Below the pieces are notes generated by a model that saw nothing but the letters and a program-made list of their open reading frames with translations, did not search any database and was not told the origin of the DNA. The position numbers and the translations under genes are program-made. From positions 9,304,296-9,368,295 of the forward strand of contig CM082594.2 in assembly GCA_040954595.2 (NCBI GenBank): 64,000 nucleotides of DNA, given 5' to 3'. Shown here one piece after another: positions 15,001-26,700 of this stretch. How positions within the stretch are numbered: position 1 is the first letter of the stretch; the number at the start of each line of letters is the position of its first letter. The stretch comes from Balanoglossus misakiensis (lineage: Eukaryota; Animalia; Hemichordata).

Positions 15001-16896
15001 GACTTCCCGCAACTTCAAAATTTCATCGATTTTTGACAAAAATCATGGGTTATAGCCCATGAAATCATCCAAAAATGACAATTTTTCGACTTCCCGCTAC
15101 TTCAAAATTTCATCGATTTTTGACAAAAATCATGGACTATAGCCCATGAAATCATCCAAAAATGACAATTTTTCGACTTCCCGCAACTTCAAAATTTCAT
15201 CGATTTTTGACAAAAATCATGGGTTATAGCCCATGAAATCATCCAAAAATGACAATTTTTCGACTTCCCGCAACTTCAAAATTTCATCGATTTTTGACAA
15301 AAATCATGGGTTATAGCCCATGAAATCATCCAAAAATGACAATTTTTCGACTTCCCGCAACTTCAAAATTTCATCGATTTTTGACAAAAATCATGGGTTA
15401 TAGCCCATGAAATCATCCAAAAATGACAATTTTTCGACTTCCCGCAACTTCAAAATTTCATCGATTTTTGACAAAAATCATGGGTTATAGCCCATGAAAT
15501 CATCCAAAAATGACAATTTTTCGACTTCCCGCTACTTCAAAATTTCATCGATTTTTGACAAAAATCATGGACTATAGCCCATGAAATCATCCAAAAATGA
15601 CAATTTTTCGACTTCCCGCTACTTCAAAATTTCATCGATTTTTGACAAAAATCATGGACTATAGCCCATGAAATCATCCAAAAATGACAATTTTTCGACT
15701 TCCCGCAACTTCAAAATTTCATCGATTTTTGACAAAAATCATGGACTATAGCCCATGAAATCATCCAAAAATGACAATTTTTCGACTTCCCGCTACTTCA
15801 AAATTTCATCGATTTTTGACAAAAATCATGGACTATAGCCCATGAAATCATCCAAAAATGACAATTTTTCGACTTCCCGCTACTTCAAAATTTCATCGAT
15901 TTTTGACAAAAATCATGGACTATAGCCCATGAAATCATCCAAAAATGACAATTTTTCGACTTCCCGCAACTTCAAAATTTCATCGATTTTTGACAAAAAT
16001 CATGGGTTATAGCCCATGAAATCATCCAAAAATGACAATTTTTCGACTTCCCGCAACTTCAAAATTTCATCGATTTTTGACAAAAATCATGGGTTATAGC
16101 CCATGAAATCATCCAAAAATGACAATTTTTCGACTTCCCGGCATTTCAAAATTTCATCGATTTTTGACAAAAATCATGGGTTATAGCCCATGAAATCATC
16201 CAAAAATGACAATTTTTCGACTTCCCGCAACTTCAAAATTTCATCGATTTTTGACAAAAATCATGGGTTATAGCCCATGAAATCATCCAAAAATGACAAT
16301 TTTTCGACTTCCCGCAACTTCAAAATTTCATCGATTTTTGACAAAAATCTTGGGTTATAGCCCATGAAATCATCCAAAAATGACAATTTTTCGACTTCCC
16401 GCAACTTCAAAATTTCATCGATTTTTGACAAAAATCATGGGTTATAGCCCATGAAATCATCCAAAAATGACAATATTTCGACTTCCCGCAACTTCAAAAT
16501 TTCATCGATTTTTGACAAAAATCATGGGTTATAGCCCATGAAATCATCCAAAAATGACAATATTTCGACTTCCCGCAACTTCAAAATTTCATCGATTTTT
16601 GACAAAAATCATGGGTTATAGCCCATGAAATCATCCAAAAATGACAATTTTTCGACTTCCCGCAACTTCAAAATTTCATCGATTTTTGACAAAAATCATG
16701 GGTTATAGCCCATGAAATCATCCAAAAATGACAATTTTTCGAAAAATGACAATTTGTCGACTTCCGGGAATTTCATCGATTTTCGACAAAAATCATGGGT
16801 TATAGCTCATGAAAATCATCCAAAAATGACAATTTTTCGACTTCCTGGAATTTCGAAATTTCATCGATTTTCGACAAAAATCATGGGTTATAGCTC
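1..16896. repeat. 87-bp tandem satellite array, about 194 copies, running off the left edge of the window
   Basis: Unit GGTTATAGCTCAGGAAATCATCCAAAAATGACAATTTTTCGACTTCCCGGCATTTCAAAATTTCATCGATTTTTGACAAAAACCATG (type A) repeats head-to-tail. Type B differs at 6 positions (CCCATG, CCCGCAACTT, AATCATG). Type C adds CGCTACTT and GGACTATAG. The last recognisable unit ends in TAGCTC at 16896. Confidence 0.99.
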
Positions 16897-17104
16897 GTAT
16901 TCCCAATAACTACACACATACATTAATCTTATGCAATCATTATTTTATTAGATCTAGTCCCATTTACAGGTTCCCAAATAATACAACTACAAACCTAGTC
17001 TAATTAATAAACAAATAGGCCTATAAACTGTATCTTGATCAAGTTGATGTCAAATCTAGTTTAACTAGAATCAGAATGAGTATCAATCGAAAAAAGGCGG
17101 GACA

Positions 17105-17120
17105 CCCCCCCCCCCCCCCC
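17105..17120. repeat. poly-C tract (C16)
   Basis: 16 consecutive C, read directly. Confidence 0.9.
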
Positions 17121-17459
17121 ACTTTACAGTTTTATTTGGCAAGTATTTTTTGTAGTTCTCTGTTTTTCTTTTTATAACCAAAGATTTACATCACTATAAA
17201 TAATTTCCTCCTCACCATGGACTGAAAAGATCACTGTTGTCCACGGGCTGAGTTTTTCTGTGACTTGCAGAATTTGATGAGAACGACACTGACAGACAAT
17301 CTTTGTCTGGTGCAATTTCCCTAGTTCCACACACAGTGTTTGGCAAACAGCTAGCTGTTTGAGTAAACAAGTATGAATGCCTTTGCAAATTGCAAATCTA
17401 CAGAAACATCAGTAAGCTTGAACCATGGGACCTGCCTTACCGTCGCCGTGGATTCCATG

Positions 17460-17473
17460 GCGCCCTCTAGTGG
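17460..17473 (-). promoter_or_regulatory. CTCF-type binding motif next to the satellite boundary
   Basis: Reverse complement CCACTAGAGGGCGC matches the CTCF core consensus CCASYAGRKGGCRS. Binding is not shown. Confidence 0.55.
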
Positions 17474-18428
17474 CTGAAATATTTTATTACTTTGTATGCC
17501 AAACAATGGTGTTAGAAGAGGGCGCCCTGTATTACTTAATTGTAGGTATAAATTCAAAATAACTGGTCAAAATCAGATGTCATCACAATGACTTCATACT
17601 ACTAGGGAGGCGCTCTCTGTAGGAGAGTAAAACGTTCCATCTTCAACTTGCAAATCAACTCTCCCATCAAACGTACTTCACACTACTAAGACAAATCAAA
17701 GTTCTTTTAAAACAGAAAATTCCAAAACAGCCATCTTATTTTTCAGCTGCTTAATGGCTAATTAACAAAGTATATTATACAACAAAAAGTAAGGGTAACA
17801 TTTCTTTTACTTAATTCTCATCCTTCAAACATCCCTGACTTTTGGCTTTGACAAGAAAGTACATTTTTGAGAACTACCCAATTTCTTGGCCAATGTAAAT
17901 CCTCTGTGGGCTTTGCTTTGTACCTGATTGTCACACGATTACAATTACATCAAGACAATCACGTTTTTCACATATTTATCATTGAAAATAAAAGATTAAA
18001 ATATACAGTTACAGAATTGAGTTCGGTTACAAGAACATATTTTAATTTCTTTTCAACTTTTTAAGGGACTGATTGGCTGAGTTTTGGCCTTATAACGAGA
18101 AACAAAGTAAAAAAGCGTAACTCTAATTGGCTGAACAGTTCCTTTATGGTGCAAATTATACAAATTCAGCCAATGAGAAAAGCTCTTCTGTCTGCAGAAG
18201 CTCCATATAGTCTTATGGAGAAAGTCTCTACCTAAGAATTAAATTCATTTCTTAAATTTCTTGTGTGAATTCACACATTACTATGAACATCAACAAAAGT
18301 TGTACACCGACTTCGCCATGGTTACATGTCGCCATGGTTACATGTCACTCGCAGAAAAAAATCACCACCACTATGATCAAATCAAAACAAACCAAGGTAT
18401 GGTGGAAATTCTACATTTTGGATTCTAG

Positions 18429-18631
18429 TCATTTCAACTCCAGGCAACACTCTGTTCCAGGATAGTCTGGTAGGTTGAGTTCGTATTTCTTGGCAAGATC
18501 CGGTGGAACAAACCGGCCACCTAGGTAGTGGTGCTGTCCTTTGAAGAGCTGGGCACATTTCTTGGGCGCAGTTAGTGATATGAGCATCTCTGGACTTATT
18601 CCATCTGGGTTCCCTTTCTCCACATCCCATC
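18429..18631 (-). CDS. NAXE: NAD(P)H-hydrate epimerase, last coding exon (exon 4)
   Basis: Acceptor cacag|GA TGG GAT GTG. Translates (G)[66 protein letters not shown], the characteristic NAXE C-terminus ([15 protein letters not shown]). Phase 1 matches exon 3. Confidence 0.96.
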
Positions 18632-19309
18632 CTGTGACACAATATTAATAAAGAAAATGAATTGGCTAACCGACAGACTGCCTGTGGTCAGAAGTGAGGA
18701 ACTTGCAATGAGTCAGGCATACTATAGACCGTCTTTTGTTGTGAGAATGTGAAGCCAACAACAGATAGAGTCACAAAGTTCCTACAGTCAATACTATGGC
18801 TCTGACAGGGAAGTTTGACTATAACTGCCTTCCAGTTATATGATCTGCCATACAGAACAATTTCCTCATCGAAGCCAGAAAGTTTCTACTACCGGTACTA
18901 CATGTAATGTTTAGCTCTCGCCAAGAAATGTCGGCAATTCATATAATCAATTAAGACAAGCCAAAAATCATGTTTTTCAGAAAAAGTGTGAAGCAGACTA
19001 GAACCTCCACCACTGAGAACAAAATCACGTACTGGAATCACTTATACTATTCAAACACTTTGACAGCTTTTGTTCAACAGTTTCTTTGAAGTCTACCCCA
19101 GAAGAATAGTTATTCCTCAAATTGCCAAGAACAGATGTGCATAGTGTGTAAATAAACTGGTCTCTGACACTTTGCTAAAAGAGATTAGAGGCATGCAGTT
19201 AACATGCAAGGCATCCTTTCACAATTATTGAATCTGTTTGAAAATGTCATAGAACATACTATTAGCATACAAATGAGATATTAACATAAAATTTACATAA
19301 ATTACCCAC

Positions 19310-19568
19310 CTGATGGCACATCAATACTGCATAGTGGTATCTTGATTTCTTTTAAGGTTTTAAGTACGTCAGCAAAAGGAGGTCTCACATCCCCTTTGAA
19401 ACTAAATCCAAATATGGCATCGACGACAAAGTTGTACGATTCGTTCAGAAGCTGACTATTCGGCAGATACGACAGAAATGGAATATCGAGAGTTTCACAC
19501 TGATGAGCTAGGTTCTTGTACAGAGTCTTCTCTGGACGCTTGGGATACAATATTGAAGGCTCATATCC
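19310..19568 (-). CDS. NAXE: NAD(P)H-hydrate epimerase, exon 3
   Basis: ttccag|GGA TAT GAG ... CCA TCA G|gtgggt, 259 bp. Contains the YjeF_N motifs VVDAIFGFSFKG and SIDVPSG. Confidence 0.96.
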
Positions 19569-20002
19569 CTGGAAGACAAATTCAGAATACTATATAATTT
19601 TGGGGTCGTACTACTGTAAAGCGAAAAATTTTCATGACAGGAAATTTTTGCGATATCAAAACAGGCAACGACGATTAATTTTCACATTCCCGTATCATAT
19701 ATGAGCAACATGTGACCTTATCATAATATGTTATTGTTGCTATCATTCAATGGTACACGGTATGATCGTGTTCAGTTTCCTATACCAAGAAATGGGCCCT
19801 TTTCTGTATGTATCTGTATTTACATGTTTTTATTACTCTATTATATTGCATGAGGCTCAGCTAGTAGACATCGACCGACAAATATTTTTCTACTTTCTCC
19901 ATGTTGTAACATTTCAATGGATTCTATAGCTTGCAGTGATTTCCACAGAAAAATAAACCCATTGAATTTTCCAGTTCTAGTTTCATAGATGTGTATACTT
20001 AC

Positions 20003-20222
20003 AAACATCTTCAGATGCCTGGCTGCTACGAGTCCGTCGCCACCATTATTGCCAGGACCAACACAAATGAGCACCGTGCCTCCAGCTTTAGGCAAGTTAT
20101 TGAGCGGATAGGCTTTAGCGATGGCCACAGCACAGCTGTATCCCGCCAACTCCATCAGCTGGTCAACACTGAAGTGGTATTCGTTGAACAATTCCACGTC
20201 TATCTTCTGTGCTTCCTCTTGA
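20003..20222 (-). CDS. NAXE: NAD(P)H-hydrate epimerase, exon 2
   Basis: tttacag|T CAA GAG GAA ... ATG TTT|gtaagt, 220 bp. Encodes [27 protein letters not shown] and the [16 protein letters not shown] YjeF_N signature. Confidence 0.97.
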
Positions 20223-23200
20223 CTGTAAACAAAGCAAAACAAAACAACGATACATTACAGCATGCTGCTTTTACAGGATAATTAGACAAAATGGATTCTC
20301 TGTCATGTAGAGATTGTAAAACTGCCCTAAAGCGCGGGGATATTTCCCCCTCAAGCATCTGAATGCTTATTCACTCAGAATTCAAATTTTTATATTTTCT
20401 ATTTGGTATATGTACATTAAAAACTGATTCGCCGTTATTTGGATGAGATTTAGTGACCCTAGTTGAGAAAGGAGAATGGGTATGCAAATTCGAGTCCTAT
20501 ATTTTTGTTGCCATACGAAAATCAGCAGTCATATCACAATCTTTATAGGCAAATATCAGTTAAGCAAAGTGATATCAGTTTACAATGTATTATTATGCAA
20601 ATCAAAATATACCATTTCTGATGACATAATGAACAATGAAGTAATTAAGTAATAGCTCAGTCCTGCCAGGGTCATTACTTGAGTGTGCATACACTCTCTG
20701 TCAAAACTGAAACTAAAAAAAAAATGAATATCATATCACTGGCTGCTGGCTATCCCTCTAGCCAACAAGTAATCCATTTATATTACATGATAAAATTTAA
20801 CCACTCTCATAAACAGCGGAAGAGGCTCATAATCCCTAGTATCAATCAAACTAAATTGTGCGCTTTCAATAAATTCCATGAATACAGCAAAAACATTATT
20901 CTGAGAACATACATTTTAAAACTGCCAGAAGCGATTATGACTTCAAAGTGTTTTCTCAGGAAATCTTGGTTTGCCAAAAACAAAACTGTATTTTCTCAAT
21001 ACATCCTTGTTTAACTGACTGCATATTTTACAGCTCTGCAGTCAGCAAGGTGTGTAAAACTGTAATGGGAGAGATGATACTAAGTCCATTCAATTAAATA
21101 ATTTCCTCTCTTAAACTCAATGCGATGAGTAGATTCTGATTACTACAGTAATTTGTCCAGGTAAAATGGAGAGAGCTCTCAACGACATTTTCTCTGGTTT
21201 AACAATAACAGTCAGCAATGTAGAATAAAGACAACATATGGACTTTCTACCTTAATATAATCATTCGCCACAGTTTTTTCAAATGTACCAAATTATACTC
21301 TATATTATGATGACCTGCAAAAAATTGATCAATGCACAGTGACTGTATGACGTGGACAATCTTTTTGCTACTGATATTACCCTTTCAGACAAGATAATTT
21401 TCTTCTTTCATTCAGATACCTTTGACTGTGTATTAAGTGGGAGGGGGTACGGGCATGAAAGAGAAGCTGTGGTTTGGTTTCCATGGAAACCAGTGCAATT
21501 TTACTATATCGCACTCTGGAAGCAGAACTTGAAAATTTCATTGTTGGCCATGCAGGTTTCCGACGAGTCATTTGTATTTCAGTACACGATGAAGTGCATG
21601 CAACCTGTGTACATCCGAGGGTTCATGGCTGCGTGATTAGCACGGTTTTATTCGTGGTTTCAAATCTCTACATTCGGGTTCACATCTGAGAGGACTGCTG
21701 GTACCACATTGAATTCTTAATCGGCTAAACCTTGAAATGGCAAACCCGCTGAATTTACGCTCACAATCAGCAGGCTGACAATGATCTCACCATGTGACTG
21801 CAGGGTGCTGTCAGTCTGGCTGCGACAACTCACAATGTAATAAATGATTTGAGAATGCTACGAACAATCTTTTAGTCCTCACAGATGAGAATCTTACAAA
21901 TATTAAGTTGACACGCTTTGTCTTATCCCTACAAATAAATTTCACACTCAGGTATTTAAATCTGGGGAAAAACTTGCCCCAAATATTCAATCTACTCTTT
22001 CCTTTTCAAAGAATAGAACACACGGGGTCCCATATTTGATCCATAGGCTGTCAGAATTATACACTATCATATGACTCATGATTTCTTGTACATAAAACCT
22101 GCAAGTAATTGGCTGGCCATTATATCCATACAAATTGGGAGAGGCTAGTGACTAGCAAATGAGAAGATCTGCAATGCTATGCTAATCTGGAACATTAAGA
22201 CATATTGCACCAGTACACTGAACAATTGTGAATACGCAATGAGAAAAACTGTGCAACTTGCAGGGATATGAATTCTGTGCATGCAGATTGCTCTTGTATT
22301 TGTAATCACATCCTACTGAACAAAATTACCAACAAAATGTAATTAACATGATTACCCCATATCATACGATATCCTTCAATTACTGATTACTGAGTCAACA
22401 ACTTAGGAAACCTTAGTTCCTTATGCATGATTATCAAAAATTATTTCAGAGAATCAGACCTATTCAAACATTATAAAATATATATTTTGAAAAAAACCAC
22501 CCACAATCGCAGCCAGAAGCCAACTTCAGGAATTACATTGGAATCATTCAACTGTTCAGATGGTCCTGCTGAGCAATATAGTCCATGAAACATGATCAGC
22601 TTCACTGCTATATTAATAGCATTGTGATTAAACTTAATGAACCACTCTATCATTTCAAATATGTCTCAGCCTTGGCTCGATATTCTCGTTAAGTTGTCCA
22701 GACTGAAAGCAGGAGACAATATCATCATGGTGATTTGGTGTCTTCCATAAGGTAGTTCTGCCCTAGTTGATCATCTATGGTACAGTCAGCTCTTCTGGGG
22801 CACGATGGCTGTATAACTTTCACAGTGGAATGTTGCCCATGCTTTGTGGGGTATATCTTGCACAACACTGAACATTTAGCATTGCATAAAAGTATGCCAC
22901 TTTGCCCAATTGGTTGGTTTCATACGGAAATGATACATCGCTTTTATAAATGAACTGCGCAACTGGATGGATAGGGATCCCTGTATGTGTACGGCTGAAA
23001 TGCATTCCAACACCTAGACTGCCCAGCATGTCATGTTGTTACATACTAAGTTTTATTTACAGATGTGCAAGGCTCAGATCATCCCCACATCACAACGATT
23101 TCTTCCCATCTAATATATCTCAACCAATCTGCATAATCTGCATATTATAGGGCAATATTTTGAAGACGGATCAGCTCAGCTCCCCAATGGGCGCGCAGGC

Positions 23201-23630
23201 CATTGCAATTGCTAATCTGATCATTTCATCTTGATGCTAAAAATACAGCAGACCCTGGAAACAATAATGTTTGTTAATAACCCACGAATTGAAGTAATGT
23301 CTTCAAAGCACTATCTCCAGCACAGCAGAAATATCAAGCTGAGCTGCAGTGATACCTATGGAGAAGGTCACGGCAGGATGACAACACTGGGAATGTGACT
23401 GTGCATATATATAAGCGATTAGTCTTCCGGCAGACAGACAGGGTTTTTGAAAATACCTAGTACAGGTACAGCAGATTATACCAAAGTGACACCAGGCAGT
23501 ACTGGTATAACGATATATATCTGTGCATGGAATCAAAAACTCATGTCACAGGTAAATCGAATGGATGAATGAATGATGGATGGATTTAATAACTGATTGA
23601 ATATAGTGTTTGGTTGGTTTAATTAATTAA

Positions 23631-23712
23631 TTGATTGATTGATTGATTGATTGATTGACTGACTCACTGATTGATTGATTGATTGATCGATTGATCGATC
23701 GATCGATCGATC
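23631..23712. repeat. compound microsatellite (TTGA)n/(GATC)n
   Basis: Read directly. Confidence 0.9.
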
Positions 23713-26700
23713 AATAGGATTGTTTGAATTTGATGTATAATGTTGAGAGTTTGCACGCCCCAGATATGAATGCAAGATCTCTACCCGTGAGCATATGAGG
23801 GTATGAGCCACAGCATCCCTATTAAAATAATGGAGCGTCTCAGGGACGTATAATTCTACGATTCTGTATACATTACGCGTGTTTTGTAAAGCCAGAGTCC
23901 CACATCACGTATGAGCAGTCCAGCTGATCATCTCATTCTAGAATATGTGATATATGACACTTTCCCTTGATTGTTGTAGATCTTGATATTTAAAGGAGAT
24001 CAGCGTTGGGACACTTGGTTTATCTCAGAAATGGAAAACAGAGCCACCAAATGTGATTAAGTCCTGATTAGGTTTTTCCTGGGATTTTACAATGACTGAT
24101 TTGGGAACATTTCTTGAAGCCATTAAAAAGGAGATTTTCTGTCAGTGTTTGCATTGAAGTTATGTAGCTGCAGCAGTAATCTGGCTTCTATTTTTCTGAA
24201 TGTGATACTGATTTTGATTTTAAATATTTCCGACCATGTTTAAAAAAATTATAAATTTGGTTCTCAGCAGTCACAAGTCATGAACCAAAAACACAATCAT
24301 TATAATTCTATTCACTTTTTAACATTTTTTGCAGCACTGTTTATTCATGTCAATATAAATGTAGATAAATTAACAGAAAATCAACAGGGTCATATCAACA
24401 CTAAGAGCCTAGGGGTATACAGAAATCATACGTGTTACTGTCAGCGAACATAAATTCTCAAATATGGCAAATAATTCTGGCCAGAATTTGGCCTGGATAT
24501 ATTAAATAATCCCATTTGTATGCATCGCTGCACATTCTACATTGAATACTATGGATATAAACAGCTTCAGTATAAAGCTTTCTAATTCGGTGAACATCGA
24601 CCAACAGAATAAATTACAGTATATCATACTCAATCCCTGTTACATATAGCAATTAAATTATTCATCTTTCAGCAAGGAAACTTCCCTTTGGGTGTAACGA
24701 ATATTATAATCATGCACCTTGTAACAAAAAATTCTGGAAATGTTTGGGGTAGATGGGTTTATCTCAAGCTGTCAGTGCATAAAAGAGCTTACATCAATTC
24801 CTGGCAGTGTCAGCCAGGGTAGTCCCAGGTTCTATCTTGATCAATGACCTACATGTAACATGTCATGCACCGTAACATTAATTCTCATGCCACTTTCGCG
24901 AGTTATTGGAGTAGCACTGCACAGCAGTCTGTGAGTTAGAAACACTATGCAGTATTGTTAAAGGCCCATGAGCTGCAACTATTGGAAATATAAAAACCAA
25001 AAATCATAAGTTTTTTTTGTTACAGGATAGTATCCTTTTTTTCTGAAAATGGCTTAGTTTTACACTGTGATTTCCTATTGGCTGATGCTTGACCTATGAC
25101 CTCTGATCAGCACTTCAGATGCAATTACTAATTTTCCACTCCATCAAGTTCTCAGATCTCAGACATTACAACCCTTCACTTGATATTGACAAATGAGTCA
25201 CATTTAATTACAATTTGCCTCAGACCTTATCCAAGCCAGTAGCATAGCACGTCGCATTCGCTTTATTAAACACCACAGTCTCCCTAAGTAACCTGTACTC
25301 TCAGTCAAACGATTTGCACAAATGTACTTTTGTGAAGAAAGAAAAATCCATAGACCTACATTGCATTGTATGATCACCACAGAGTGAAGGCTTTAAGCAT
25401 TCCTTTGCCAAGCTAATTTCCAGATTGTTCTGGCAAAAGTTGTGCGAGAACAAAGCCACAGAAAAACATAAAGCCTTAAAAATTTTGACATAGATATTTG
25501 TGGACATAATCACATAAAGTATTATTTCTATGGCAGGTATTTTATTGATTTTGTTCAGGAGAGTGATGAGGCTATGGTTTACGTACCTATCCATTGCAGA
25601 AATCATACAATCAGTGGTTAATGGCCCTTTACAACTGTGACAATAGCACTTGGTAGGAATTCTCGCCTTCTTGTTATATCTCTCCTAATGGCATACAATT
25701 CAATGGTTGTAGAAACATCACATAAATGATTATCTTAACATTTCTTTAGTCTTTTTTGACAGGCAAAGAATTGATCTGCAGTAATGGGACATACAAAGTA
25801 ACTGCCTATGTGAATGAAAATACACATACAATATATCTACATTTGTTGTATACTCATTTTATCTTCAAGGCAAATGGAGTTGCAAATGGACAAATTTATT
25901 ACTGGTCTGTTCTCTATGGCTGCCATTTGGCTGTTTTTAACTTGTACCTCAGAAACTATACATTGTATTTAATTCTCCATTAGCTGTAGCTTTTGACCAC
26001 TTTTTTGCTGTTTTTGTCTGATGTATTATAATAAGAGCAGCTAGTACACTTATTTGACTGCTGTCATATGTTATTAAAGTGTTGCACTTTTACACAGCCC
26101 ATATTCGAATCAGCATGCATTGTTGAAGTGAATCATCCAGATTTAAATTACATTTGTCAACAGTCATGGTCATATACATATTCAGGCTGTTGACAGCCAT
26201 ATGGGAAGTACAAGCACTTCACAGTACAGAACAAAAATACTGAAAAGCATTCAATTGACTCAAACCAGTATACTGTCTTTTATAGAAATGTATGGAATGA
26301 TAAGAACAGCTGTTTAGCTGACATTGCTGTTATAATATGCTATTGGTGAAAAACACTTGTTGTTTTCAAGGTCATGTAAGTACCCCGGGGTTAATTGTCA
26401 ACAGGTAATTCCAGCTAGACCTGATCTAACTGGACAGATGTTGAAATTCTCTCCCTCCCTCCCTATCTCTCTCTCTCTCTCTCTCGCTCTGTCTCTCAAT
26501 GTCACTATGTGTATAATACACACGTTCCAGACACACAGATACATTTTCAAGTTCTTGTGAGGCGCGAAAATTGTTGTCCTCCTCCAGGCTATGTATACTG
26601 CACAATTACATGATTGAAATTTTGCAGATCAGCCTTGGTTATTGACCCTTCCATTCCTAAGGCAATATCGACTCAGTAGTTTTATCAACCACTTTGCGTC

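Noticed and set aside
1-16896. CRISPR array or telomeric repeat
   Set aside because: There are no unique spacers and no cas genes, the context is eukaryotic with spliceosomal introns, and the unit is not a short G-rich telomere repeat.
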